64,000 bases of DNA from TPA_inf: Saccharomyces (Eukaryota), in contig BK006947.3 in NCBI GenBank assembly GCA_000146045.2, positions 416,001-480,000 on the forward strand, read 5' to 3'. A program made the position numbers and the translations under genes. Shown in pieces: positions 53,624 to 63,767 of the stretch (the first letter of the stretch is position 1; every line of letters begins with the position of its first letter). The notes below the pieces were generated by a model. It saw only the letters and a list, made by a program, of their open reading frames with translations. It ran no database searches and was not told where the DNA came from.

Positions 53624-54052
53624 AGCGTGAGAATGAGTATGATGGAAATAGTGGAACTATTTAAAAAGCACCCAATAAAGAAAGATAGTTACTGTAAAGA
53701 GGTATATTATCATTATTCAGAGGGTTCAAGTACCATCATCAAGATTTAACACAAGCACAGTGAATAGCAACAATTAAAGAAAAAACTAATCAAAATCACG
53801 GTAGAAATAGGAGAAAAAAAGTAAAACAGAAACTAAGTCACTGTTTCTTTATATGACATATTCTATTATATAAATATGTAAAGAACGCTGAACAGTAAAA
53901 ATTTTATGAAATTCCGGCAGAGAAGAAAAGGAAAAAATAAGTATACACCACACCGTTACTGGATAGATTGAAGTTCAAATCAAAAAAGTTTACAAGTGAA
54001 ATAACAAACAGTAAATATTACACATTCATGTACATAAAATTAATTATCGGTG

Positions 54053-55102
54053 TCAATTGATTTCTGCTTGTAATGCTTGCAATTCGTGTCTCTTATTGTT
54101 CAAGTAATTCTCCAATACTTCAACCTGCTGTTCAATGTTATCCAAGTCATCAGTTATCGACCTGATGTTAATCCGCTTAGAAAGTTTTGAGCCTCCTTGA
54201 GTTTTTTCACTCTTTTTGTAGTTCAAAAGGCCTTCTAATTGTTCTCTCATGTTCGCAACTTGATCATCTGTCAGAGAAGCATATTTTTGCTTTATACTGT
54301 CTTCATTTGAAAGCACGTTACTGCCACTGCTATCGGAACTCGAGTTCTGCCCATTGTCACGCAGATTGTCCACTTCGTTAGCTTCTTCTTTTCTCTTTGT
54401 AGGAGGTTGAGAGGACCGTAAATCATAGCTCAGTTGTTTTTTATTGCACACCTCCGCCAGAGAATTTGGTAAACTTGCTGGAATTTCAGCACCCAAATCA
54501 TTTCTTTGTCTTAAACAGTGAATAAAATAAAAAGTAGGATCTCTATCAATTGATGGCAAATTTTGTGGGTTAATTAAACTCCAAACCTTATTTAAATCTG
54601 TCTTACTGATGTTAAAAAATTTTGTGGAAAGTTTTGTTGACAGTTCGTTGAATGTAATAGTACCATCGGTTAGTTTTGCACAGCTATTATAAATTTTTTC
54701 ATATTGATTCAAATCATCTGGAGACATGTACCAATCTACTTTGATTTCCTTCTTTGGAGGCAAGTCTGCGTTTTCTATTTGCTTGCGCTTCTTTCTTTCT
54801 TTGATTAGATTCACCTTACTCCCTGGAATCAACCAATCAGGCAATTCATCTGGAACAGAGCTAATGTTTTTATTAACCATATCAAATATTAATCTCATGC
54901 AAATTACAAATTCCTCAAAGTCTAAATTGTCGTCGTCATCAATATCAGCTAAAAACCAAATCTTGTTTAGAACCGATGAATCTAATTTGGAATTATAAAG
55001 AATTGGTAAAACCTGGTCATGGTTTACCTTATTCTCTATTGGTTTCAAACCCGAGAAGATTTGCCAGTATTTTTTTATTTCAAATTGTTCCAACTTGGGC
55101 AT
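54053..55102 (-). CDS. END3: EH-domain endocytosis protein End3 (349 aa).
   Basis: ATG at 55102. Two EH/EF-hand-like regions at the N-terminus ([21 protein letters not shown]...) and C-terminal repeats. Synteny. Confidence 0.92.
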   Translation of the reverse strand: MPKLEQFEIKKYWQIFSGLKPIENKVNHDQVLPILYNSKLDSSVLNKIWFLADIDDDDNLDFEEFVICMRLIFDMVNKNISSVPDELPDWLIPGSKVNLIKERKKRKQIENADLPPKKEIKVDWYMSPDDLNQYEKIYNSCAKLTDGTITFNELSTKLSTKFFNISKTDLNKVWSLINPQNLPSIDRDPTFYFIHCLRQRNDLGAEIPASLPNSLAEVCNKKQLSYDLRSSQPPTKRKEEANEVDNLRDNGQNSSSDSSGSNVLSNEDSIKQKYASLTDDQVANMREQLEGLLNYKKSEKTQGGSKLSKRINIRSITDDLDNIEQQVEVLENYLNNKRHELQALQAEIN

Positions 55103-55376
55103 TTTTCAGAGATCCCTGTTATCTTTACCGGCCTTTCCAATACCCACTAACTCTATGGTTATATTACAATCGTCTGATTATAACAGGCAATTAACCTTGT
55201 GTTTCTGACGTTCTTTTCATTCATTCTTGATATGTTAAATCATAGGGGTCCTACACGATCGTCAAATATGATATTTAAAAAGTAATAAATAAAAATGCAG
55301 CTTTTTTATTAGCGATGGGAAATATTGAATATTTGAAGGGGCAAATAACGTTTAATTCAATCGAATGACGGTCTAA

Positions 55377-56861
55377 ATGCTGCTGAAAAATTGCGAGACG
55401 GACAAGCAGCGAGATATACGGTATGCGTGTTTGTTCAAGGAACTTGATGTTAAGGGAAATGGTCAAGTTACTCTAGATAATCTGATAAGTGCTTTTGAGA
55501 AGAACGACCATCCGCTCAAGGGAAATGATGAGGCAATCAAAATGCTGTTTACTGCAATGGATGTTAACAAGGACTCTGTAGTTGATTTAAGCGATTTCAA
55601 GAAGTATGCTTCCAATGCCGAATCTCAAATTTGGAACGGCTTCCAGAGGATAGATTTAGATCATGACGGTAAGATTGGCATTAACGAAATAAATAGGTAT
55701 TTGTCAGACCTCGACAACCAGAGCATATGTAATAATGAACTTAATCATGAACTTTCAAATGAAAAGATGAACAAATTCTCGAGGTTTTTTGAATGGGCGT
55801 TTCCAAAGAGAAAAGCCAACATTGCGCTACGAGGCCAGGCTAGCCACAAAAAGAATACTGATAATGATCGGTCAAAGAAAACCACCGACTCAGATTTATA
55901 CGTTACATATGATCAATGGAGAGACTTTTTGCTGCTGGTACCGAGAAAGCAGGGTTCGAGACTTCATACTGCTTATTCCTATTTTTACCTATTCAACGAA
56001 GATGTCGATCTGTCCTCAGAGGGAGATGTTACTCTCATAAACGATTTCATTCGCGGGTTCGGGTTTTTTATTGCTGGTGGTATTTCAGGTGTTATTTCAA
56101 GGACTTGTACCGCGCCATTTGATAGACTGAAAGTGTTTCTCATCGCAAGAACGGATCTATCCTCGATCTTGTTAAATTCAAAAACAGATCTCCTTGCTAA
56201 AAACCCCAATGCTGACATAAACAAGATATCATCTCCATTAGCAAAGGCTGTCAAAAGCTTATATAGGCAAGGCGGGATAAAGGCTTTTTATGTTGGGAAC
56301 GGTTTAAACGTCATCAAAGTTTTTCCAGAAAGTTCGATAAAGTTTGGTTCTTTCGAGGTCACCAAGAAAATAATGACCAAATTAGAAGGCTGCCGCGACA
56401 CAAAAGATCTTTCAAAGTTCTCTACTTACATTGCTGGTGGTTTAGCTGGTATGGCAGCTCAGTTTTCCGTTTATCCTATAGATACTTTGAAATTCAGGGT
56501 GCAGTGCGCTCCTTTGGACACAAAGTTGAAGGGGAATAATTTGCTCTTTCAGACTGCAAAAGATATGTTTCGAGAGGGGGGGGGTCAGATTATTTTACAG
56601 AGGTGTCACAGTCGGTATAGTGGGCATATTTCCCTATGCTGCATTAGATTTGGGGACTTTTTCTGCCTTAAAAAAATGGTATATTGCCAAACAGGCAAAG
56701 ACCCTGAACCTACCACAAGATCAGGTCACTCTAAGCAACCTGGTTGTACTTCCAATGGGTGCATTCAGTGGAACTGTAGGAGCTTCTGTTGTTTATCCAA
56801 TCAATCTTTTAAGAACAAGACTACAAGCCCAAGGAACATATGCACATCCTTATGTGTATAA
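55377..56861 (+). CDS. SAL1: Ca-binding mitochondrial carrier Sal1 (EF-hand N-terminal domain plus three mitochondrial-carrier repeats). As it reads here the ORF is frameshifted in a G9 tract at 56576..56584, so the annotated 494-aa product ends in 92 out-of-frame residues (sal1-1-type allele).
   Basis: EF-hand loops (DVKGNGQVT, DVNKDSVVD, DLDHDGKIG) and carrier repeats 1-2 are in frame 0. After ...KDMFREGG the frame-0 translation becomes Cys-rich nonsense (GQIILQRCHSRYSGHISLCC...). The third carrier repeat continues in frame +1. Confidence 0.9.
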   Translation: MLLKNCETDKQRDIRYACLFKELDVKGNGQVTLDNLISAFEKNDHPLKGNDEAIKMLFTAMDVNKDSVVDLSDFKKYASNAESQIWNGFQRIDLDHDGKIGINEINRYLSDLDNQSICNNELNHELSNEKMNKFSRFFEWAFPKRKANIALRGQASHKKNTDNDRSKKTTDSDLYVTYDQWRDFLLLVPRKQGSRLHTAYSYFYLFNEDVDLSSEGDVTLINDFIRGFGFFIAGGISGVISRTCTAPFDRLKVFLIARTDLSSILLNSKTDLLAKNPNADINKISSPLAKAVKSLYRQGGIKAFYVGNGLNVIKVFPESSIKFGSFEVTKKIMTKLEGCRDTKDLSKFSTYIAGGLAGMAAQFSVYPIDTLKFRVQCAPLDTKLKGNNLLFQTAKDMFREGGGQIILQRCHSRYSGHISLCCIRFGDFFCLKKMVYCQTGKDPEPTTRSGHSKQPGCTSNGCIQWNCRSFCCLSNQSFKNKTTSPRNICTSLCV

Positions 56862-57015
56862 CGGCTTTAAAGATGTTTTGTTAAAGACGCTAGAAAGGGA
56901 AGGTTATCAAGGTCTATTTAAAGGTCTAGTACCAACTTTAGCAAAAGTATGTCCAGCAGTTTCCATCAGCTATTTATGTTACGAAAATCTGAAAAAATTC
57001 ATGAATCTGGAGTAG
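56584..57015 (+). other. SAL1: SAL1 C-terminal coding segment displaced into the +1 frame (third mitochondrial-carrier repeat, VRLFYRGVTVGIVGIFPYAALDLGTF...KKFMNLE, stop 57013..57015). Removing one G from the G9 run restores a contiguous ~545-aa Sal1.
   Basis: The frame-1 translation gives carrier-like motifs (PYAALDLGTF, VYPINLLRTRLQAQG) and is contiguous with frame 0 if the G tract were G8. The 56620..57015 ORF-track entry is part of this segment. Confidence 0.85.
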
Positions 57016-57248
57016 TGATAATAACATATGCATATGTATCAACTAGTGAATTCTATTTAATTATAAACCGCTGCTGCGGTTTGTGGGCGTACTGTCAGCC
57101 AAGCTTTCGTTATAATATATATTCTTTTCAACATGTACATAGCTAGAACTCTAGAAAGCACAGATTAATACCGATTCTAATACAGATTTTAATGACCTCA
57201 ATAGTTAATTGATATTTGATAAAATATTATAAAAATCGTCTATAACAG

Positions 57249-57272
57249 AACGCGAAAAGAAAAGACGCGTCT
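57249..57272. promoter_or_regulatory. MCB elements upstream of PMS1: ACGCGA at 57249..57254 and the perfect 10-bp palindrome AGACGCGTCT at 57263..57272.
   Basis: Read directly. PMS1 is periodically expressed with MluI boxes reported upstream (from memory). Confidence 0.65.
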
Positions 57273-57390
57273 CTCTTAATAATCATTATGCGATAAAATG
57301 TTTCACCACATCGAAAACTTATTAATTGAGACAGAAAAAAGGTGTAAGCAAAAGGAACAGAGGTATATCCCTGTGAAATATTTATTTAGC

Positions 57391-60012
57391 ATGACACAAA
57401 TTCATCAGATAAACGATATAGATGTTCATCGAATTACATCTGGACAAGTTATCACCGACTTAACAACTGCAGTGAAAGAACTCGTTGATAATAGTATAGA
57501 TGCGAACGCAAACCAGATCGAAATAATCTTTAAAGATTATGGTCTTGAATCTATCGAATGTTCTGATAATGGTGATGGCATAGACCCTTCAAATTATGAG
57601 TTCTTAGCTTTAAAACATTACACATCAAAAATTGCGAAATTTCAAGATGTTGCTAAAGTACAGACGTTAGGGTTTAGAGGGGAGGCCCTATCTTCTTTAT
57701 GTGGCATAGCTAAACTAAGTGTGATAACAACAACTTCACCACCAAAAGCGGATAAGTTGGAGTATGATATGGTCGGTCACATTACTTCAAAGACAACGAC
57801 ATCAAGAAATAAAGGGACGACCGTGTTAGTTTCGCAGTTATTTCATAACTTGCCCGTTAGACAGAAAGAATTTAGCAAAACTTTTAAGCGCCAGTTTACC
57901 AAATGTCTCACAGTTATACAAGGTTATGCAATCATAAATGCTGCCATTAAATTTTCAGTTTGGAATATCACACCAAAGGGTAAAAAAAATCTAATTCTAT
58001 CAACAATGAGAAATTCAAGTATGAGAAAGAATATATCCTCAGTATTCGGTGCAGGTGGTATGCGTGGGCTTGAAGAGGTTGATTTAGTGCTTGATTTAAA
58101 TCCCTTCAAGAATAGAATGCTTGGGAAATACACCGATGATCCTGATTTCTTAGACCTCGATTATAAAATTCGAGTGAAGGGCTATATATCACAGAATTCG
58201 TTTGGTTGTGGTAGAAATAGTAAGGATAGGCAATTCATTTATGTGAATAAAAGGCCAGTGGAATACTCTACGCTTTTAAAATGCTGCAATGAGGTTTACA
58301 AAACGTTCAATAATGTTCAATTTCCGGCTGTATTTCTCAATCTTGAATTACCCATGAGCTTAATTGATGTAAACGTCACTCCAGACAAAAGAGTGATACT
58401 GTTGCACAACGAACGGGCCGTCATTGATATTTTCAAAACAACTCTCAGTGATTATTACAATAGACAAGAATTAGCTCTTCCCAAAAGAATGTGCTCACAA
58501 TCAGAACAACAAGCTCAGAAAAGACTTAAAACGGAAGTCTTTGATGATAGAAGCACAACACACGAATCCGATAATGAAAACTATCATACCGCCAGAAGCG
58601 AAAGTAATCAATCCAATCATGCACATTTTAATAGTACTACTGGCGTAATAGACAAAAGTAATGGTACAGAACTAACTTCTGTGATGGACGGTAATTATAC
58701 TAATGTCACTGATGTCATCGGTTCGGAGTGTGAAGTTTCGGTTGATTCATCAGTTGTATTGGATGAGGGCAACTCAAGTACACCGACTAAGAAGCTGCCA
58801 AGTATCAAAACAGATTCTCAAAACCTAAGTGATCTGAACCTGAATAATTTTTCCAATCCTGAATTTCAAAATATAACTAGTCCAGATAAAGCACGTAGCT
58901 TGGAAAAAGTTGTTGAAGAACCAGTTTATTTTGATATTGATGGTGAAAAGTTCCAAGAAAAAGCGGTTCTATCACAAGCAGATGGTTTAGTTTTTGTAGA
59001 TAATGAATGTCATGAGCATACAAATGACTGCTGTCATCAAGAAAGAAGAGGAAGTACTGACACAGAACAAGATGATGAAGCTGACTCTATATACGCAGAG
59101 ATTGAGCCAGTTGAAATCAATGTGAGAACTCCTCTAAAGAACTCACGTAAATCGATTTCCAAAGATAATTATAGGTCATTGAGTGATGGATTGACGCATC
59201 GCAAATTCGAAGATGAGATATTGGAGTACAATTTAAGCACAAAAAATTTTAAAGAAATAAGTAAAAATGGCAAACAAATGAGTAGCATCATAAGTAAAAG
59301 AAAATCAGAAGCTCAAGAAAACATTATCAAAAATAAGGACGAACTAGAGGATTTCGAACAAGGAGAAAAGTATCTGACGTTAACAGTTTCAAAAAATGAT
59401 TTTAAAAAAATGGAGGTTGTTGGACAATTTAATTTAGGATTTATCATAGTGACCAGAAAAGTTGATAACAAATATGATCTGTTTATTGTCGATCAGCATG
59501 CAAGTGATGAAAAGTATAATTTCGAAACACTGCAGGCCGTGACAGTTTTTAAATCGCAGAAATTGATAATACCTCAGCCGGTAGAATTAAGTGTCATTGA
59601 TGAACTTGTGGTGCTGGACAATTTACCAGTTTTTGAAAAGAATGGATTCAAATTGAAAATTGACGAAGAAGAAGAGTTTGGCTCCAGAGTTAAGCTGTTA
59701 AGCTTACCTACTTCCAAACAAACCCTTTTTGATTTGGGTGATTTTAATGAACTGATACATTTGATCAAAGAAGACGGTGGGTTACGAAGAGACAACATCA
59801 GATGTTCCAAGATTCGTTCTATGTTTGCTATGAGAGCATGTAGAAGTAGTATAATGATAGGTAAACCGCTGAATAAGAAGACTATGACCAGAGTCGTTCA
59901 TAATCTCAGTGAACTTGATAAGCCTTGGAATTGTCCCCATGGACGTCCAACAATGAGACATTTAATGGAATTACGTGATTGGAGCTCATTTTCGAAGGAT
60001 TACGAAATATGA
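57391..60012 (+). CDS. PMS1: MutL-homologue mismatch-repair protein Pms1 (873 aa from ATG 57391). An in-frame upstream ATG at 57298 would add 31 aa.
   Basis: GHKL ATPase motifs (ELVDNSIDA, DNGDGI, GFRGEAL) and a C-terminal MutL dimerisation/endonuclease region (DQHASDEKYNFE, ..CPHGRPT..). The start choice is discussed in findings. Confidence 0.9.
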   Translation: MTQIHQINDIDVHRITSGQVITDLTTAVKELVDNSIDANANQIEIIFKDYGLESIECSDNGDGIDPSNYEFLALKHYTSKIAKFQDVAKVQTLGFRGEALSSLCGIAKLSVITTTSPPKADKLEYDMVGHITSKTTTSRNKGTTVLVSQLFHNLPVRQKEFSKTFKRQFTKCLTVIQGYAIINAAIKFSVWNITPKGKKNLILSTMRNSSMRKNISSVFGAGGMRGLEEVDLVLDLNPFKNRMLGKYTDDPDFLDLDYKIRVKGYISQNSFGCGRNSKDRQFIYVNKRPVEYSTLLKCCNEVYKTFNNVQFPAVFLNLELPMSLIDVNVTPDKRVILLHNERAVIDIFKTTLSDYYNRQELALPKRMCSQSEQQAQKRLKTEVFDDRSTTHESDNENYHTARSESNQSNHAHFNSTTGVIDKSNGTELTSVMDGNYTNVTDVIGSECEVSVDSSVVLDEGNSSTPTKKLPSIKTDSQNLSDLNLNNFSNPEFQNITSPDKARSLEKVVEEPVYFDIDGEKFQEKAVLSQADGLVFVDNECHEHTNDCCHQERRGSTDTEQDDEADSIYAEIEPVEINVRTPLKNSRKSISKDNYRSLSDGLTHRKFEDEILEYNLSTKNFKEISKNGKQMSSIISKRKSEAQENIIKNKDELEDFEQGEKYLTLTVSKNDFKKMEVVGQFNLGFIIVTRKVDNKYDLFIVDQHASDEKYNFETLQAVTVFKSQKLIIPQPVELSVIDELVVLDNLPVFEKNGFKLKIDEEEEFGSRVKLLSLPTSKQTLFDLGDFNELIHLIKEDGGLRRDNIRCSKIRSMFAMRACRSSIMIGKPLNKKTMTRVVHNLSELDKPWNCPHGRPTMRHLMELRDWSSFSKDYEI

Positions 60013-60187
60013 TCTAGCTTTGATATTCATTCATTATATAATTAACAAATACATTATATACAGGGAGTGACAACACAAAATATACTCGTGCATTGAAGAT
60101 GCTTGATGGATATATGTATTACGACATAAAGCTTAGCCATTAAGAATATGAACGTGGCTTTAATTTGTTTATATGTGGAGAGTATAA

Positions 60188-60688
<501 letters not shown>

Positions 60689-60931
60689 CTAGCCTGATAT
60701 ATGAAGGAGTTTTTTTAACCTTAAAGAACAAATATATTTCATTTCTATAATGAGCGCCATGTCGTCAATAGGGATATTGTATCTTCAGCTGTCATGTAAC
60801 ATATTAACTTCCAGGAATCTTAATTGAATGATTATGTAGGGATGATCTTGTAGCGTAAATATAGATACATAGTTAGAGCTGTTGCAGCATATACATATAC
60901 ATATATATTATATATTTTTCTTTTATTTTTT

Positions 60932-62032
60932 TCATGCGGGGGGATGCATTTCATGCAGTATTCTTTCTAATTGCTCTACATCCAATCTTTGGATGAACAG
61001 GTTTCGCAGTAAACCTAACATGGTGATAAAACTAGCTAGTCCCACAGGGACGACACAAAGAACCGTGATTTTATATAGATCTATCGTTCGCTTAGTGGTA
61101 AAATTGAATGCTTTTTTTGGATATTTTTTGGGTCTTTTAGGGCTTTGTGAATGAGAGACTGAGGGCCTGTTAACAGGAAACAATCCGCCATCACTGTTAT
61201 CGGAGAGACTGTCGTTGGAAGGAACATCTACTGTACTTTCGTCGGCTACCACAACATGTGAGTCTTCATCAGCGTCATCTTCACCATCCTCATAGTCTTC
61301 TGTTTCTTCTGGAACATTAGTATCCTCTTGTACTTCGCCTTCCTGGTTCCTGATATACCTCAGATCCGAGGTAAGATAACTTTGCCAAATGTACACTGCT
61401 GTTAGTACACAACTAATGAGTATCCATGTATGCAAAAAATAGTCGAGTTCCGGAGACAAAGACGACAAAAGAAGGAGTTCTAAGGTGACAATGATCAATG
61501 ACATGGAAAACATTCTTAAAATGGCGGCCACAGTAGAGTACTTGACGATCCATCGGACCATCAAAGAGTCGAGAATGGCATACGAGAGGTATAAAGACAC
61601 CAGGCACCAAAGTGAGCAAAGGAGATATTCAGACGCTCTTGCTGTAGTGAGTGCGGATAATAGGAGTGAATCCTTACCGTCGCCATTCACAGCCTTTTGC
61701 GAAGCTCCTTCAAATGATGAGTTATTGTCGTAAGCGCTATTGAGTTTTTGCCAGAAATAAGTGAACGCATCTCTTAGTGATTGTGGCTCGTAAAGCGTTA
61801 TGCTGGTGCGCATGGAGACTCTCCAAGCCTTCCGCAGAGATGTGAAGATGTAAGTTAACGGCGGTAAAAGGGATATGTCCCTGCATAAGGCCATCAGCAT
61901 ATGCTGCTTGGCAGTTAAATGATTCAAAGACAGCGTTTTCATAGAACTGTACGTCTTTTTAAAGGTCGCTCGCTCATGCTTGGCATACTTGTCCTCATGA
62001 GGGCCCATACCAGTACTTAGTATCCACGTCAT
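60932..62032 (-). CDS. EOS1: ER membrane protein Eos1 (366 aa): acidic N-terminal region followed by multiple transmembrane segments.
   Basis: ATG at 62032 (MTWILSTGMGPHEDKYAKHE...). Hydrophobic segments in the central and C-terminal parts. Synteny as YNL080C. Confidence 0.83.
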   Translation of the reverse strand: MTWILSTGMGPHEDKYAKHERATFKKTYSSMKTLSLNHLTAKQHMLMALCRDISLLPPLTYIFTSLRKAWRVSMRTSITLYEPQSLRDAFTYFWQKLNSAYDNNSSFEGASQKAVNGDGKDSLLLSALTTARASEYLLCSLWCLVSLYLSYAILDSLMVRWIVKYSTVAAILRMFSMSLIIVTLELLLLSSLSPELDYFLHTWILISCVLTAVYIWQSYLTSDLRYIRNQEGEVQEDTNVPEETEDYEDGEDDADEDSHVVVADESTVDVPSNDSLSDNSDGGLFPVNRPSVSHSQSPKRPKKYPKKAFNFTTKRTIDLYKITVLCVVPVGLASFITMLGLLRNLFIQRLDVEQLERILHEMHPPA

Positions 62033-62565
62033 CTGGTTTTTTAAAACCCTGAAGAATCAAATAAGATTATTTGACCAAAGGAAGGGAAGGGAAGAGAAAA
62101 AAAACTTAAAGAAAAAAGAAATGAGAAACCCTGGTGTGTTCACGTAGATGCACAGACGGTGGGCAACCCAAAACTTAGTCTTCCGATAAACTTTTCAGGT
62201 TCTTGTACACGTGGAAACGCCCGATATATATCACATGTAGCTGTGTAATATGAGAATGCCTTTGTCCATGTGATAAACCGTGCAAAACTTAACATGGGAG
62301 CAGGCACAAGTGTGAGTCCCACGAACAAAACGCCGCTCGGGTAATAACGCCCAATGTAAAAACATCATAAATCAGCACGCAAACGGTAAAGAACAAAAAC
62401 ATCTTCAAGGGAAAAGTATACAGATGTATAGTCTAAGCTATTGTATTTGTATAAATGGTTCTTATTTTAGTTTCGTTTGCCCATGAGCGTTTGATTTGCT
62501 CAAGAACAAGGAACAAAGACCAGCGTGTTGGGGAAAAGAAAAAGAAAACAAAAAACAAAAGTAGA

Positions 62566-63165
62566 TCACAAGTTTTCCAGAGATGCAGCAATTTCGTCCA
62601 GTTCCTTCTTTGCGTCTTCGTACTTGACGGTCAATTCCTCGTTCTTTCTTTCCCATTCTTCTCTTTGTTCTTCCAAGGCAGCTACTCTTCTTTCCAATTG
62701 ATCTGCCTTCAAGTCGGACTCTCTCAATTTCTCAGTGGTTTCCTTTAGCTTGGTGTCGCTTTCCTCCAAGTCTTCTTCCAATTGCTGGTTCTTCTTGGAG
62801 AAATTGTCGTTGTTGGACTGCAAGTGGTGAGAGTCCTCGGACAATTGCTTGGATTCAGCCAATTCTGCTTCCAACTTCTCGATCTCTTCCTCCAATTGGT
62901 GGTTCTTCACCGTCAAGGACTTGATCTGATTTTCTTTTTCAACGTTATCCTGTTCTGTTTGCTTAGAGTCAGAAAGTCCCGCTTCCAGCTTCTCGATCTC
63001 ATCCTCCAATTGCTGGTTTTTGACGGTTAAAGACTTGATCTGATTCTCCTTTTCGACGTTCTCTTGCTCCAAGTCCTTGTTCTTCTCTTTCAACTCCTCG
63101 TACTTCTCCTGCCATGATTCGGCTTCCAACTTCAAGTTGCTTAGCTTTTCTCTGATTTTGTCCAT
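62566..63165 (-). CDS. TPM1: Tropomyosin 1 (199 aa): continuous heptad coiled coil with an internal 38-aa duplication.
   Basis: ATG at 63165. MDKIREKLSNLKLEAESWQEKYEELKEKNKDLEQENVEKENQIKSLTVKNQQLEDEIEKLEA... is followed by a near-repeat DNVEKENQIKSLTVKNHQLEEEIEKLEA. Confidence 0.95.
   Translation of the reverse strand: MDKIREKLSNLKLEAESWQEKYEELKEKNKDLEQENVEKENQIKSLTVKNQQLEDEIEKLEAGLSDSKQTEQDNVEKENQIKSLTVKNHQLEEEIEKLEAELAESKQLSEDSHHLQSNNDNFSKKNQQLEEDLEESDTKLKETTEKLRESDLKADQLERRVAALEEQREEWERKNEELTVKYEDAKKELDEIAASLENL
62867..63060. repeat. Intragenic direct repeat in TPM1: two 80-bp copies (62867..62946 and 62981..63060), about 88% identical and 114 bp apart (38 aa).
   Basis: gcttccaacttctcgatctcttcctccaattggtggttcttcaccgtcaaggacttgatctgatt... 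versus gcttccagcttctcgatctcatcctccaattgctggtttttgacggttaaagacttgatctgatt... Confidence 0.9.
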
Positions 63166-63459
63166 TGTTGCCTTTTTTGTGTGTATGGGGTGTGAGTTCT
63201 ACTATGTAGATTTCTTCTACCAACCTAATCTTTTACAGTATCAGAAGGGAAAAACGAACCTTCTTCTTGCCAAGTATGCAGTATGTGATCTCTAACACTT
63301 TTCCGTTTCTCGTAGATCGTGCTATGGTGTGCTGATTTTTTATTTTAATGGTTACCCGACTTCTTTACCCGGCTCTCCGTCGGGTAAGATATATGTGCTA
63401 GCGCCACGCGATGGCTGGTTTGTCTTTTTAAGTTCTTAATATTTATTTTTATATTTTGA

Positions 63460-63481
63460 TTTTTTTTTTTTTTTTTTTTTT
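63460..63481. repeat. T22 homopolymer in the TPM1-NIS1 divergent intergenic region.
   Basis: 22 consecutive T read directly. Confidence 0.9.
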
Positions 63482-63767
63482 CCATTAGTGAATGACAGCA
63501 ATGTATTAAGCTGCTGCCGCGCATACAAAATGTACTGCGTTAAATTAGATTAGCTTAAATTAGTGCTTGGTAAAGGAGGAGTGGTTTCAAGTCCGGTGTG
63601 CGCCCCACTTTATTCGGGTATCTTCTACGTTTTTACATCCATGTTTCAGGTACTGTTGAAAATAGTTAAGATCGTTCGTATTTCTTAATTCATGTATTTT
63701 TCCCTGTTCCTAACTCGCAAACATCAGTTTTCTTGCAGATACGTCTTGAAATACAACCATACAGACA

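Noticed and set aside
56620-57015. 131-aa ORF (MGIFPYAALDLG...) as an independent small mitochondrial-carrier-like gene.
   Set aside because: It is the third carrier repeat of SAL1, displaced by the G9 frameshift. It has no promoter of its own and is contiguous with SAL1 in the +1 frame.
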